This document shows, in pieces, positions 25,747-40,040 of a stretch of 64,000 bases of DNA. The DNA is taken from contig OZ024745.1 of the NCBI GenBank assembly GCA_964016885.1, positions 55,242,001 through 55,306,000 on the forward strand, read 5' to 3'. Numbering within the stretch: the first letter of the stretch is position 1; every line of letters begins with the position of its first letter. The notes beneath the pieces are model-generated. The model worked only from the letters and a program-made list of their open reading frames with translations, ran no database searches and was not told the DNA's origin. Both the position numbers and the translations under genes were made by a program. This stretch comes from Eledone cirrhosa (Eukaryota).

Positions 25747-28700
25747 AATAAAAATGAAAATTCAAACAATGAATATTTCCCTATAGGGGGGACGTGGCGA
25801 AAACCACACAAAAGACCACGGCCACCCTGACCACCAGGGCAACCGCCCTCTCTCAATTTTTCCATTTCTCAAACTACAGACGTTTATTCAGAGCGGTCCC
25901 GTTCACTCGGATCATTCTCGCTACATTCACCCACCTTTCAACAAACTTGCTACAAGAGAGCATTTGCTTCTCCACCCTTATTTTCCACTTCAAGTGAAAC
26001 TTGAAAAACTTAATTAGGGATTCGCCGAAGAGGAAAGTGTCTGTCTTAAACCCTTTCAACCTTGTCCACCACACTATCTCTTTCGCCATGGCCACCAGGC
26101 AGATGAAAACCGCCTGCCCTTCCTCCTCGAAGGAAGGCGGCGAGAACATCTGCACCATGGACTCAGTCGATAACCGTATCTGTCCTACACGCGACAGCAA
26201 CTGTTCGACATAGCTCCACAAGTCAGCAATACACGGGCACTGAACGAGTGCATGCACGACGGTTTCTGCACGCATCTTGGACAGGCTCGGCTGACGGCAC
26301 TTCCGTGCCTATAGAGTTTATCTTGAACTGGCAGAGCTCTTCGGTAGCACTGCCAGGCCAGGGATTTTTGGAAGTTATCCATAGGCCCTGGAATGAGAGT
26401 TCTCCGGAAGAGAGAAAACAGCTGATTTTCTTCGACGCTCAGTATCTCTCCGAGAACGTCGTGGCTCTTCCCATCCACTAGTTCTCTATAGAACGCCGAG
26501 GTGGATGTTCCGCCGATACTGGTGCCCAGCTGGCAGAGCGCAGTGAGCGACTGGAGACATTCCAGTTTCCAAGCGCTAACCCCCGGTATTTTCCTGAATC
26601 AGGACTACCGATCCGTCAAGAAGGAAAGCTGTGGGAAAACGTGCCTCGCGAACGGCGACCACACCTGTTCACCGTCAAGGAAGCACCAGAGATGTCGCAG
26701 CCTCAGCGCATGTTTGCGCATCATCAGCCATGGCATGTCCAGTCCTACACGCAACGGGTGCTGACAGCAGATGGATCGTCTGACCATGGGAGCGCGTCCC
26801 TTCCACTGCAAGTGGAAGAGGAGGCGCTACATTTTGGTGAGAGTTTGAGGAGGTAGCTGATGACGGGTGCGATGTCCGCATTCGCCACCTCCACCCGGCC
26901 TTTCAGGGACAGCTTTCTCTCGGCCCATTTCTGGGTGAGGAAGGCCACCCTGCCCGTCACCTCGCTCCAGTTTTTCTCCATCTAAAGGTCCGGTCCGAAC
27001 CAGATACCGAGCAATTTAACCGGTCCGTTCGTCCAACGTCCACGACGCTGTCGGACAGCATGGACTAGCCTCTCCAGGTGCCGAGCTGCAAGCCCACCGA
27101 CTTTTCCTTGTTTATCTTTGCTCCTATCACCGCTTCGTATTTCTTGAGAGCAGTGCCGAGCATCTGGACGTTTCTGGTGCAATACACCACCACGGTGACG
27201 TCGTCGGCGAAAGACGACTCGGATTTTTCGGATGCTAGTTCGCGTGGGACGCCCCTCATAGCCCCCAGTTTGTGCAGTAACGGCTCGAGAGCGAATACGT
27301 ACAACTGAGACGAGAGAGGTCGTCGAGAGCCGAGACAGTCCGTCCAGGTATGCACAATGTCCATACCCTGATCTGGCCCACCGCTGCCCTGAAAAGTTCA
27401 GCAAAGTGCTGCTGAAAAGCCTCACACATCTGCTCGGGTTCGAGCAACATGCGCCCGTTTTGGTCAGACAAAGACCGAATTGTGGCTTTGATGCCACGCG
27501 CGCCTCTGCCACCCGGGCCTATTGGAGGGCATTCGTACCCTCGTGATTCAGAGCACACGCTCTAGCTCTGACAACGCAACCTTTGTGTTTTCCGTTGAAG
27601 AATTGGTCGAGTGTCAATCTCGCTGCAAGCACGTCGGTTGCGATGCCTGTCCTAAACGCCTCTTCTAGCTTTCTGACTAGCTCTCCCTCTACTCTATTTT
27701 CCTCTATCGCTACTCCTTTGCTAAACCTATCGACTCTACTTTAATTGCCTTTTTCAGAGCAAACCGCCACCTGTTGTTGACGCCCGCTTAACTAATACGC
27801 TAATCCGGTCTCTGTAGGCTTTGCGCGCCGGGAAAGACGCGTTCAGCTTCCAGTAACCGGGTCCTTGTCTATGAAGTCTCTCTATGTCGATCTCACAGAT
27901 TACAAATTTGTGGTCCGTGTAGTCGACTATTTTAAATTGTGGACAACTGTACTAGCCTTATCTAGTTCCCTGCAGATTACCCTATCTAGATACGATCTGG
28001 ATGACCCGATGTGGTTTGTCCATGTACACATTGGCACATTCGGGTGATCCAGTCGATACCTGTCAGACAGTTCAAAACGTCTGAGCAGGTTGGTGAGTCT
28101 CTTGCACCCTCCTCCCCTATCCACTAGCCCCACACAATCCCAGCGTGCATCCAACATACCGTTCCAGTCGCCCACTAACACTAAAGAGCGGGATGTTCCC
28201 AGAAAGATCCCTAGACGTCTGAAGAAATGTGGCCGTCCTGCCCCTGTCGAGGCATAGACGGCTACTAGCCTGAAAGTGTTGCATTCGGTGCCGTTCACTT
28301 CCAGCACCACCGACTTACCTTCTGAGTTCAGGAAGATGGTCCGTATGGCGAGACCCAAGCCTTTCCGAAACAATACAGCCACTACGCCCCCGCTCCCGTA
28401 CGGCTCGGAGATGCGTACACCTCTAACCGTCGAAGATCGGTGCGAAAGCTTGCGTTTCGGAAATTTTCGTCTCGCTGATGGCCATCACATCTATGTTTAG
28501 TGACCTGAGGTCGTTAAGAAAGTGACCCTGCTTCCAAACCGAGCTCAAGCCACGCACGTTTACACTTCCGATCCTGAATACGGTCATGTTGGGTGAGGAA
28601 CGGGGCAAGTGAGAAAGGATCACGTACCTTGATCGTCTGGAGAAGGGACCGTTGAACCGTCCCTTCGGCTGGTCGTCGGCTCTTCTGTGAGTATATCCGA

Positions 28701-29500
28701 GTATACTCTCCGGTTGGGTGTCCCTCCTAGATCTCTGAAATCACCAACTACGTTGGTCAATTTCATTCAGATGTTAGTGTATTCTTTCCGTGATATTCTT
28801 ACCAGTCTTATGTTCGTTGGTGTTTTGATTGGTGCTTGTATTATATAGTCGTGCTGTGAAATGTCTGTGTGTTCAATGTTGTAAGTCATTAGTTTCTTGT
28901 GTGTATTTATTGCTGTGCATTTCTTTTTTGGGGAGTGGGGGTGTGGTTTTGATGTTTTCTTGTTGTTGCTGGGTGTGTGTGTTTTGTTGTTGTGTTTACG
29001 ATGTTGGTGCTTGTGGTGGTCTTGTTGAAGGTGTTGTTGAAGGTGTTGTTGTTGTTGGTGGTGGGGTTGCCGCCGGTGGTGATGGTGGTGCTAGTGTGGG
29101 TGGTGATGGTGTTGCTGCTGTAATCTCTTTGCAGTAGCCTTTAACCTTTTTTCATTTCTTCCCTCCCTTTTCGAAGGCGACGATGCGCTGCTTCTGCGCT
29201 TGTGCCTTCTTGCGACCTTTTGCCATCCATCTCCCACCTCACACTCCATGTCCGATTCTGTGAGGTCGGGGAGGGTTACCAGCTCCACTCTTTCACTTGT
29301 ACTTGTTGGTGATGGTTGCAGTGGAGTCTTTGTTGCAGCTGCAGTTGGTATTACTGTTGTTGTTGTTGATACTTCCACTGATGCTGCTGTTCTTGATTTC
29401 CGTGGCATGGGTATGGGTGCCACGGATCTATCCTTCCTGCTTGCCGCCTGTCCTGTTGCTGGTAGCAGTGGAACCGGTTTCGGAAGGAGGGGGGTTTTAT
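25552..29500 (-). mobile_element. Degenerate Tx1/L1-clade LINE (ORF1 C-terminus, APE, internally deleted RT, C-terminal Cys/His region)
   Basis: IGSVNVRGL..ISETK, LVAVYA, VGDWNG, SYLDR; LYVFALEPL, FADDVTV; ETVVHALVQCP; 3' AATAAAGAAATC(ATT)n. Confidence 0.9.
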
Positions 29501-32210
29501 TCCTCCCAGACGCCACGGAATCTAACATGGAGTATGAGGCGGGAGTGAAATGGCAAACGGTCTGCCACAAAAAACAAAAAAGGAAAAACCCCTAGGTTTC
29601 ACACTCCAAAATTTAAGGCAGTCAAAGATGGGTAAAGGCTGCAAGGAGACTTGCAGCAATGCCACCACCATTACCATCACCACCACAAGCATCACCACCA
29701 ACAGCAACCACACAACCACCAGCATCACCAAAAGCACCAACATTGCAAACACAACAAAACACACACACCCAACAACAACAACAAGAAAACAGCAACAAAA
29801 TCACCCCTCCTCCCAAAGAGTACACAGCCATAAACATGACAAATAGTGAACTCATACAATATATAAAGCAGTACACAGACATCACAGAAAAAAACTGCTA
29901 CACCCCACCAACACCAAGAACTCTCCCGACAAACATAAGCAACATTGAAATCAAAATAGAACAGTACAAACTTTTAAAACAAAAAGTCCCCAACGCAGTT
30001 GGAGACTTCAGAGGGTCGGATACCAAGTGTATATACATTGACATCCTCTTGGAAACACCCATGACCATCCAAAGAGACGGTTCTACTGTCCCTTCACCGC
30101 ACGGTCAAGGTAAGTGATCCTTTCTCACTTGACCCGTTACTCATCCAACATGGTCATACTTAGAATAGGCTGTATAAATGTACGTGGCCTGGGGTCATCT
30201 TGGAAGCAGGGTCACCTGCTCAATGACTTCAGGTCACTAAATATAGATGTGGTGGCCATCAGCGAGACCAGAATCTCCGAAGCAGGAGCCTTCGCACAGA
30301 TCTTCGGCGGCTACGATGTATACGCATCTCCCTGCCGTCCAGGATCGAGGGAAGGGCATGCTGTGCTTTTTCAGAGAGGCTTGGATCTCGCCATACGGGC
30401 CATCTTCCTGGACCCAGAAGGTAAGTCGGAGGTTCTGGACGTTAACGGCAACGAAGGCAATGCTTTCAGGCTAGTAGCCGTCTACACCCCAACAGGGGCA
30501 GAATGGCCAGATTTCTTCAGACGTCTAGAGACCTTTCTTGGAACGTCCCGCTCTTTAGTGTTAGTGGGCGACTGGAACGGTATCTTAGATGCACGTTGGG
30601 ATTATGTGGGGCTAGTAGACAGGGCAGGAGGGTGTAAAAGCCTCAACAACCTGCTCAGACGTTTTGAACTCTCTGACAGGAATAGAATGGATTATCCGAA
30701 TGTGCCATTGTGGAAATGGGCAAACCGCATGGGTCATCCAGATCGTATTTATATAGGGTATTCTGTAGGGATACAGATAAGGCTAGTGTAGGTTGTCCAC
30801 ATTTTAAAGTAGTCGACTACACGGACAACAAATTTGTGATCTGTGATTTGACTTAGATATACTCCATAGGCAAGGGTCCGGCTACTAGAAGCTGAACGCG
30901 GTTTAACGAATTAGTTAAGCATCTGTTGATGGCTGTGATCGTCATCAACAGGTGGTGGTTTACCCTGAAAAGGGCTATTAGAGTAGAATCGATAAGGTTT
31001 AGCAAAGGAGTAGTGATAGAGGAAAATTGATTAGAGGGAGAGTTAGTTAGAAAGCTAGAAGAGGCGTTTAGGACAGGCATCGCAACCGACGTGCTTGCGG
31101 CGAGATTGGCACTCAACTAATTCTTCAACGCAAAGCATGAAGGCTGCGTTGTCAGAGCTAGAGCGCGTGCTCTAAGACACGGGCGGGGGGGGGGCGAAAG
31201 CCGTTCAATGGGCCCGGGTGGTGGAGGCGCGACGTGGCAACAAGTCCACAATTCGATCTTTGCCTGATCAAAACGGGTGTATGTTGCTCGAACCCGAGCA
31301 AATGTGTGCGGCTTTTCAACAGCACTTTCCTCAATTGTTCGGGAGCGGCGCCGGATCAGAGTATGGACTTTGGTGCATACATTGACGGACTGCCGCGGCT
31401 CTCGACGACTGCAGCGCAGTGCTGCGAAAAGCTGATAACAGCAGGTGAAATACGGGAAGCGATGTCTGACTGCACGAGGGGTAAATCGCCAGGTTTGGAT
31501 GGTCTGCCCTAGGAGCTTTATGCGTATATGCCAGACTTGTTCGGCGACCTCTTGCCATATGTCTATTGCAACTGGCAGCAGAACGGGAGAATTCCCAGTT
31601 TTGTGAGCCAGAGAGCGGTGGTGCTGCTAAGAAAAGACCCGAACAAGGAGGACGTTATAAACAACTTCAGGCTCATAACTCTGCTAAACGCAGAGTTTAA
31701 GATTTTGGCCAAGATGTTAGCAAAGAGATTGGCGCTTGTCGTCGGTGATCTGGTGGGAGTGGCGCAGATATGCGCTATCCCGGACAAATCCATCCACGAC
31801 AACCCCCATCTCATGCGATACATCTTAGAGAGGATGGTTATGGAACCTGCCACGGGTGGAGCCCTCATCAACTTGGATCAATCTAAAGCATTTGATAGGG
31901 TCGACCATCGGTACCTGGCTGCGGTCCTCGAGTCGGCCAGCTTCGGGTCCGTTTTTAGGAGCTAGGTCGCTACGATTCACAGCGACATCTGCTCGATTGT
32001 GAGGGTGAATGGTCACTTTTCGCAGGCTTTCAGCATCATGCGCTCGGTCCGCCAGGTTTGCCCCCTCTCGTCCCTCTTGTACGTACTGGCCCTCGAGCCT
32101 TTACTGCACAAATTGGAGACCATGAGCTTACGCCGACGAGGACACCGTGGTGGTGTCGAGCACCAAACACGTCCAGATGCTCGGCACCGCTCTCAAGGAA
32201 TACGAAGAGG
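29500..32210 (+). mobile_element. Second, diverged Tx1/L1-clade LINE copy, 3'-truncated, head-to-head with the first
   Basis: LPDATESNMEYE is homologous to LPDLTESDMECE; IGCINVRGL, GKSPGLDGLP, NFRLITLLNAEFKILAK, LDQSKAFDRVDH, SVRQVCPLS. Confidence 0.9.
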
Positions 32211-33753
32211 TTTGGAATTTACCATTCATATGAGAGCTCCATCCTCGTATATATTGTATGTAGCTGCAAGTATTGAAATATATGGTGCCTTCAAATATTG
32301 CACACATAGCGCCACAATATTATGAAAATATTCAGCGTTGGAAAGAGGTTTTTATGCGAAAAGCTTTAGTTATATTCATACAGCCTGGCCAAAGTGGTTG
32401 ACCATGATGATAATTATCACCAGGCAAGTCTTACACGATATTCTCTTTCTGTAAATAAAATTACCAAACTATAATAAAACTCACACATCATATATTAAAG
32501 ATTGAAGTTAATTCATGCTTATAGTTTTCTTTGTGTGTACATATTTTTTTAGGCCTCTACATATAAATTAAAATGGATATTCAGTGGACCAGCTGCTAAA
32601 TGAAGAAATTCTATATTATAAGAGATATAATTGAAAATTGATTGACTATATAATAACATGGATAGCACTTTATACATTTTATTCACATTCAAACTTTACA
32701 AACAATATTAGTATTACAGCATTTTCGATTAACTCCCTAGCGTGCATTTCGAGGCATTTTTTCAAAATCATTTTTTCAAGCAATTCTATAGCGGTATTAC
32801 TGGGCAAAATGCATTCACTTGAAATGTTGATAGGATCACTCCGAAGAAAATTTCAGCATTGGTTTGTGTGTGAAATATTGATTTGTTCATTTCCAATGGA
32901 AATATATTGACACTGTGTCCAATTTTATGAAATATTAATGTTATATGAATTTGAATGGGATACATATGGATTAGAAATACGCATGAATGACAAAAGAGTA
33001 TAATATGAAAACTGCAATTTTAACATTTCGCTGCATGTATACATTACCATATGCATAAATATGAATGGTAAGAGATATATTCATACATATATATAATTGA
33101 AAACACATACAGACATATGTATATATAAATAAATATATATGTATATATATATATATATATATACATACATACATATACACACACATATATATACACACAC
33201 ACATATATACCCCCCCCCACACACACACGCATATATATATATATATAAAGTAAGATCAATAGGTGTGCGTATAACTCTCGTTCGATACTAAGTGCAAGAA
33301 AGTTCAATTTATTAATATCTTATGGGAAAATAGAGCATAGTAATTTAATTCAGATGAAAACCAAATATTCTAATTTAAATAATACACTTTTTAAAAAAAG
33401 CAAGCGTTGCAAAATTATAAGGAAACTTGATAATTTCAATTCAGATAATTCCAACTGACAGTCAGGTACCCATTAGATTTGCGGAAAGCACCAGTGTGGG
33501 GATGGAACAGTTGCATTGAGTTATGGAGATTATATTTAGATAGGTTTTTAATTAGGTTAGCAGACATGGATAGCATAGTGACCACGAGTAAAAATGGTAA
33601 CCTATTTATAACTCAAATTTAAGCTCGTCATGTAGACATAGAAAATGTAGACAGCGATCCTGTTACTAGAGAGAAAACGTGTATAGGCATATATATATAT
33701 GAATATCATGTATAAACCAAGTATATATATATATATAAATGTAAACATGTATG

Positions 33754-33794
<41 letters not shown>

Positions 33795-33866
33795 GTAAAT
33801 ATGTATATATGTATATATATATAAATGTATGTATATATATATATATGTATATATACATGTATATAT

Positions 33867-33927
<61 letters not shown>

Positions 33928-36900
33928 GTATATCTATGTCGAAATGCATACAAGTATATATATAGTATTAAGGATACTATTTATGGTTATGTATATACTA
34001 AAACCTTTTATAGTTATATATATTTTAAACCCTAAATAGTGAAAGACAGTAATTTATTACTATCTTATTACCAGGTATATATATATATATATGTATGTGT
34101 ATTTGCACGTCCTCCCATTCTGTGTTTGTGCGTGTGTGTAAGTCTGTGTGCGCCAGTGTGTGTTTAGAATTACATATAAATGTTGGAATATAAGATTTCA
34201 CACAATGTTCCTCCAATGCATCCATTTGCTATGTTCGTAGGAATATCAAAATATTATTATCACTGGGGGATCGATCTAGGATGCAACTATATACATATTA
34301 TCACGATAATATAATCGAATATGATTTAAATATTATCTTATAAAGGCATCTCGAACGGAAATATGGTTTCCTTTCCCTAAAATGTTATTTGAAGCATTCG
34401 ATTTGAACCTCAGGTAGAGTGAAAAAGGCAGGGATAATCTTAAAGATACAAATACCTACACAATAGAATTATTAACTTGCAACTAAAATCAAGCATAAAA
34501 ATATATATTTGATTCGAGATTACAAACCAAATGACAAATATTTCATGTGTTTTAAATTTATACATATCTACACATGCAAAGGAATTATGTTGTACGTTAA
34601 AATATTGATGCAATGGTTATCATATCTTGTAAATACAATATAAACGTCGTTGAACTGATTTGGGTGTATAAATGTGCAAAACAATGTTTTGAATTTCGAC
34701 TACATCTGCTACGTCTCTCGATATTTCACATTACACCTAAATTACTAAAATATTTAAAGACACTGGAATAAATACATGGAAGCTCCTTGCTAGGAAATGT
34801 TTGGTGCGAATATTTTACATTTGATAGATTGAACAAATAGATTGATAAAAGCGAGCACATTACTGAGAAAATAATTCTGTGTTATACGACCATTGTCTGA
34901 TTCATACTTATACAATATTTGAAAAGGTGTGTGTGTGGGGGGGGGGGGGGTTCAGTGCATGTACATCTAGGCGAAGATGCCATACAATATTTGCTGGAAA
35001 GGGTTTTAAATTGAAATTATTAACTTACAATATGTTGTATCCTTCAGAATGTGTGCTGCAATACACATTTACATTAAAGGCTTATTTTATGTTGAAATAT
35101 ATCATAATTGTCATTATTCTACAAGATAGGAAACGAAATTATTTAGGATTACTTCATGCGTTTAACAAGAATTAATTCGCAAAGAGGTTATTAAATTATG
35201 AGATAAGTAACACATATGTTTATAGATTACACTAACTAAATTATATGTCATTAATACCATAAAAATATTCTATTACCAACGCACTATTGTTTCTTAATGG
35301 TGAAAAATGATTTCGTTTTTCTAAGTATTAACTGGGTACTGCTGTTGTCTATACACAATTTATATTTATTCGCTAGATTATTTGTCTTTTACAAAATAAT
35401 GCATATGATAATTATGTATATTTATTCTGTGCCATCCCTCAGTGCCATTCCTCAGATTTAAAATCAGAGCGACCCATTTCCTACACAGACTGTCATCCAA
35501 GGTTGTCTACCTGAAACAAATGATTCTAACGCGCAAGAAAATATTCTTTGCTATTTCTCTTTGTCAGTTCCAAATATCTCCGCCATATGAAGGCCGGGAA
35601 CTGGTTATCAGAATTTATGAGTTGCATGCCAGTCGGTGAATTTTAGTGGCGAGTAGATTTTTAGACCTATTTCCACAACAGCAATGATAACCTCAGTTTC
35701 TTTATCTATAACACCAGATTTCCATAACGACTTGAATAAACTCAACATAGAGATCTCTGAAGAAACCACGGTATTCAGAATTTTCTGTCTAATAAATGCG
35801 AGAACAGCCAATCACTCTCCATGTCTGCACTTTGTGTTCAGCCACATGTTGAGTCCTTGTTTTCTGATTTTTTTAAATTTAGTAATATTTCGTCCTATAA
35901 CTGCCGGAGACTACTTAGTCCCTGGAGGTGCCTGCTAGCATATTTTACACACGTCTTAGTAGTTTCAATCGCAAAAGTGTCCTATGAGAAATGTTACCTA
36001 AAACTGTAAAGAAGCAAAATATTTAGTCAAGCTATGTACCTTGGCATTACAACGTAGCTTTCTTCAATGTTCATAGCTACCTGTAATCTAGCAGTAATAA
36101 GTCCTGAATTGATAGCTAATGAACCTACTTTGCATTCGATAACCCTCGTCTATATCAGGAAACTGAACCCATTAAATCCACTCATGTCTGTTTACTAATT
36201 GAGAATAGTATATCAATTATTAAACTGGAATATAAAAGGGATCACCAAACCTATAAACAATTAACCCAATTTTTAATGGAAAGCAATGATTGTGTAATTG
36301 TTAATTGCTATAGACTTCGATGTTTATATGCAAAATAATAAAATAAGAAATGAAGTTTGAAAGAAATACCTGCTAAAACATTAAGCTGAACACGATTGCA
36401 TGTTATAGGCCGGATGCAATCCTACGACTAGCTTATACTTAAATCAATTCAGAGCGTATATCATTTATAAATAACATAGATGTTGTAAGCAAACAAAATA
36501 ACCCCGTATCATTATATCACATTAAGAGCATAACAACTATGTCAAGTAAATGGAAATAGAAAATCCTTCACTTTAAATGCAGATGAAAAAAAAAAAATTT
36601 CCCACCATATAACCGTCTCGATGAATCGTTTTCGTGGAACATAGATTGCTTGAATTTCTTTATGAAACTTTAATTCGCGAACAAAGCTGCCGTATAAATC
36701 TACTAATACCTAGTTGCGATGAACTACTAAAATTAAGAAACATAAAATCTATACTATTTGCAAGAGGCAATGTGTATTTAGACAGCATTTTAAATGCTGT
36801 ATATTTATTCAGCTGTAATATCACTGTATGAATGGACATTAAATAAATTGTCCGAAGGTTAATCAAAGAAGAACAACTTAATTAAAACTTTAATTATTAA

Positions 36901-37372
36901 CTTAACTTCAGAGATTGAAATCGGAGAATTAGACCAGAACCCCCGTTAGTTAAATAAAAATAGATCAAATAGATAATATTCATCACAGAAGAATTAATGA
37001 GAATAATATCGAGAAGTACTTTTGAAGTGACAGGCTATTATCAAATGCCGAATCGATTTTCAACAATAACAAAACAGGAGCAAATATAATTGTGAACCCT
37101 GATCAGGAGCAGCGTTCAATAGGATATGTTGAAAATGAAATGATGATAGTAGGCTTGCGACAAATTGCCCACTGACATTGCAATCTACGTTTCTAAATCG
37201 TTTATTAATAAGATATATCTTCTTGTAGATAGCGAAAATAGGTTTGAAAAACATGGAAGGCTGTTAGAAGTTAGTTAATATATTCGGCAGAAATTCCTAG
37301 AAGCAGGCAAAAGATTAGGATAAGGAACTCATATGAAGCTGGTAAACAATTTCACAATATATATATATATAT

Positions 37373-37446
37373 AACGAAGGAAGTGTGATAAGTAACCAGC
37401 TGGACCATAATGCACCAGAGTACTCAATACTTAGGGTAATAGGAAA
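37373..37446 (-). mobile_element. Family B 3' tip between TA tracts
   Basis: Reverse complement matches 7287-7390 with a deletion. Confidence 0.7.
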
Positions 37447-37461
37447 ATGTTCAAGACCCCG

Positions 37462-37502
<41 letters not shown>

Positions 37503-37546
37503 ACAATATATTAATATATGGAAACTATATTTATAAAACCATATTT

Positions 37547-37610
37547 ATTTTATTATATATATTTCAAGGGCAACCAAGGCAAATTATGGTGCGTTTTCAT
37601 CAGATAAAAT
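37547..37610 (-). ncRNA. Type-I hammerhead ribozyme
   Basis: ATTTTAT-CTGATGA-stem II-GAAA-TATATA-TA-ATAAAAT; perfect 7-bp stem I. Confidence 0.8.
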
Positions 37611-39229
37611 ACAGATTTGTTTTATAAATAAATATTGACATACCCGGAAAAAAGACAACCTTAACGGTTGGAGCTTCCAGGATAGTGGAGATAATACTTT
37701 ATTGAGGGTAATACAAAGTTATGAGTGAGTATGCAAATGAGTGTCCGAAAAGTTGAAAAGATAACAGTTTATTTAAATTAAACTTTTCGAAGAGGATGAT
37801 ATGTAAGGAAGAGAGAAAAAAAGAGAAAAAAAAAGAAAAGGAAGGAGAAAGAGAGAAGAGGAAAGAAAGAACGGTTATACATATTGAAGAAAGTCAGAAT
37901 GAATGAAGATATAAGTTTTAATTGAAAAATATACATAGCGTAAATATATCTAAGTGAAAGAAGAAGTGAAAGAAGAAATAAGATTATCGTGGAAGAATAA
38001 TATGTAGAATGTAGGGTTCATTACGCTGTGATTATAATATTTATAATGATAGGTTGAAAAATTATATTCAAATTAAAAATTAGAAATCAAAATTAAAGAT
38101 TAAAATTAAAGATTAAAGATTTAATTTAATAATTTTAATATTAATATTAAAAATTAAAATATTAAAATATTAATATTAAAAATTAAAAATTAAAAATTAA
38201 AAATTAAAAATTAAAAATTAAAAATTAAAAATTAAAAATTAAACATTAAAAATTAAAATTAAACCAAAGTATTTATATTATATTAAGATGTATTAGTAAT
38301 AATATATTGGTTTAGATGTGTATGTTAATGATTATAAATTATTTAAATAAATGTATAGTATTTTACATTAGAAAAAATCTAGTATAGTTTATTTTATTAA
38401 AGTAAGTTTGGCAAAATTATATTTATTAATAGTTGTAAGTCAAAATTTAAACATCCAAATAATTCTAAATTTATGAAAATTTACGAGAGTTTACAAAGGA
38501 ATAACTACTTAATTATATTATAAAAAACAGTAAGGAAGTATAAAGGAAGTTAGAAGTGATTTTTTAAGATCTCAAATGATTCCAAGGATTAAATGTTATA
38601 AAGTTAAACATTTTATCTTAAGAATATAATTAAAACATAAAACATGTTATTTTATAAGAAATCATAAATTTATCTTAAGAATATATTTAAAACATAAACC
38701 ATAGGTTATTTTATAAGAGGTCATACTTGCTATAAAGTTAAACAAATTTATCTTGAGAATATAGTTAAAACATAAACCATAGGTTATTCCACATATATAT
38801 AACAAATCTATATATAAAAATTATATGTTATTCCACATATATATAAATATTTGGATACATATATTAAAAATGTTTGAAGATATAAAAATATTGGAAGATA
38901 TGAAAATAATGGTTTTTTCATATCTTTCAAAGAATTTTCTAAATCCTTCCGAAAGTTTTTCAATGAAAATTTTCTTTAAAAGAATTTCAAGTAGTCATAT
39001 AAAAAAGGTTATAATCTATTGATAAGTGTAATACTATATTTATGAGGTATAGATAATAGAAAGTAAATTAAATATATATGAATCATATATAGATATAATC
39101 TGAAGGATGACGTTGTAGGTGGTTGGATATAGAAAACATTATGTAAAGGAGATTAACCATATATTACATTTTATATATATATTTAAAAGTTGAGTTTAAA
39201 CGATGTTTACAAGAACTAAATAAATTATT

Positions 39230-39770
39230 TCGCAAATTAATAGAGTTCTTACTTTTTAGTATAAAGAATATTTCTTCAATGCAAAGTGAGCAAATGTTGG
39301 ATAGAGCCGTGTAATGAAAGAGCTTTGGAGATAATTTCCCAAAATAAAGAGTAGTTAATTTTCTTGGATTTTAAGTTCCATAATAAATTGGATAGAGAAG
39401 TTGAAGATTTTTTACCAATATTCGTAAAGGAACATGTATGGTTATTGAAACGAGATTTGAAGTCTGTGGAAGTAGAGCCGACATAGTTAAAGGAATTTTC
39501 ATTGGTTTTGACATTACAATTGTATACTATATGTTTAACTAAACAGTTATTATTGAGAGGACAGTTAGATTTAATTCTACAATTACATTTATCTGAATTT
39601 ATATTATTAGGAGCCGTAACATTATATTGGATATTGCTAAAGGTATTAATGCTATTCTGGTTAAGTTTCAAGTTTCTATTATTAATTCTATTAATATTCT
39701 GCGCTAAATTCATAGTGGTGAAATATGAGCGTTTAATAGTATGTCTATTAAAGATTGAGTAATATTTGTT
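39230..39770 (-). pseudogene. PLE GIY-YIG endonuclease fragment
   Basis: KCNCRIKSNCPLNNNCLVKHIVY..YVGSTSTDFKSRFNNH..TSLSNLLWNLK..WEII; frameshifted near the end. Confidence 0.85.
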
Positions 39771-39976
39771 TCTCTCTCCCTTACATATCATCCTATTCCA
39801 ACTGTTTAATTTAAATAAACCGTTATCTTTTTAACTCTTCGGACACTCATTTGCATACTAACTCATAACTTTGTATTACCCTCAATAAAGAATTATCTCC
39901 ATTATCCAGGAAGCTCCAACCGTTAAGGTTGTCTTTTTTCCGGGTATGTCAATATTTATTTGTAAAACAAATCTGT

Positions 39977-40040
39977 ATTTTATCTGATGAAAACGCACCA
40001 TAATTTGCCTTGGTTGCCCTTGAAATATATATAATAAAAT
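39977..40040 (+). ncRNA. Type-I hammerhead ribozyme
   Basis: Same motif as 37547-37610 on the opposite strand. Confidence 0.8.

Noticed and set aside
35442-35938. Protein-looking short ORFs on both strands
   Set aside because: Interrupted by stops and with no identifiable domain
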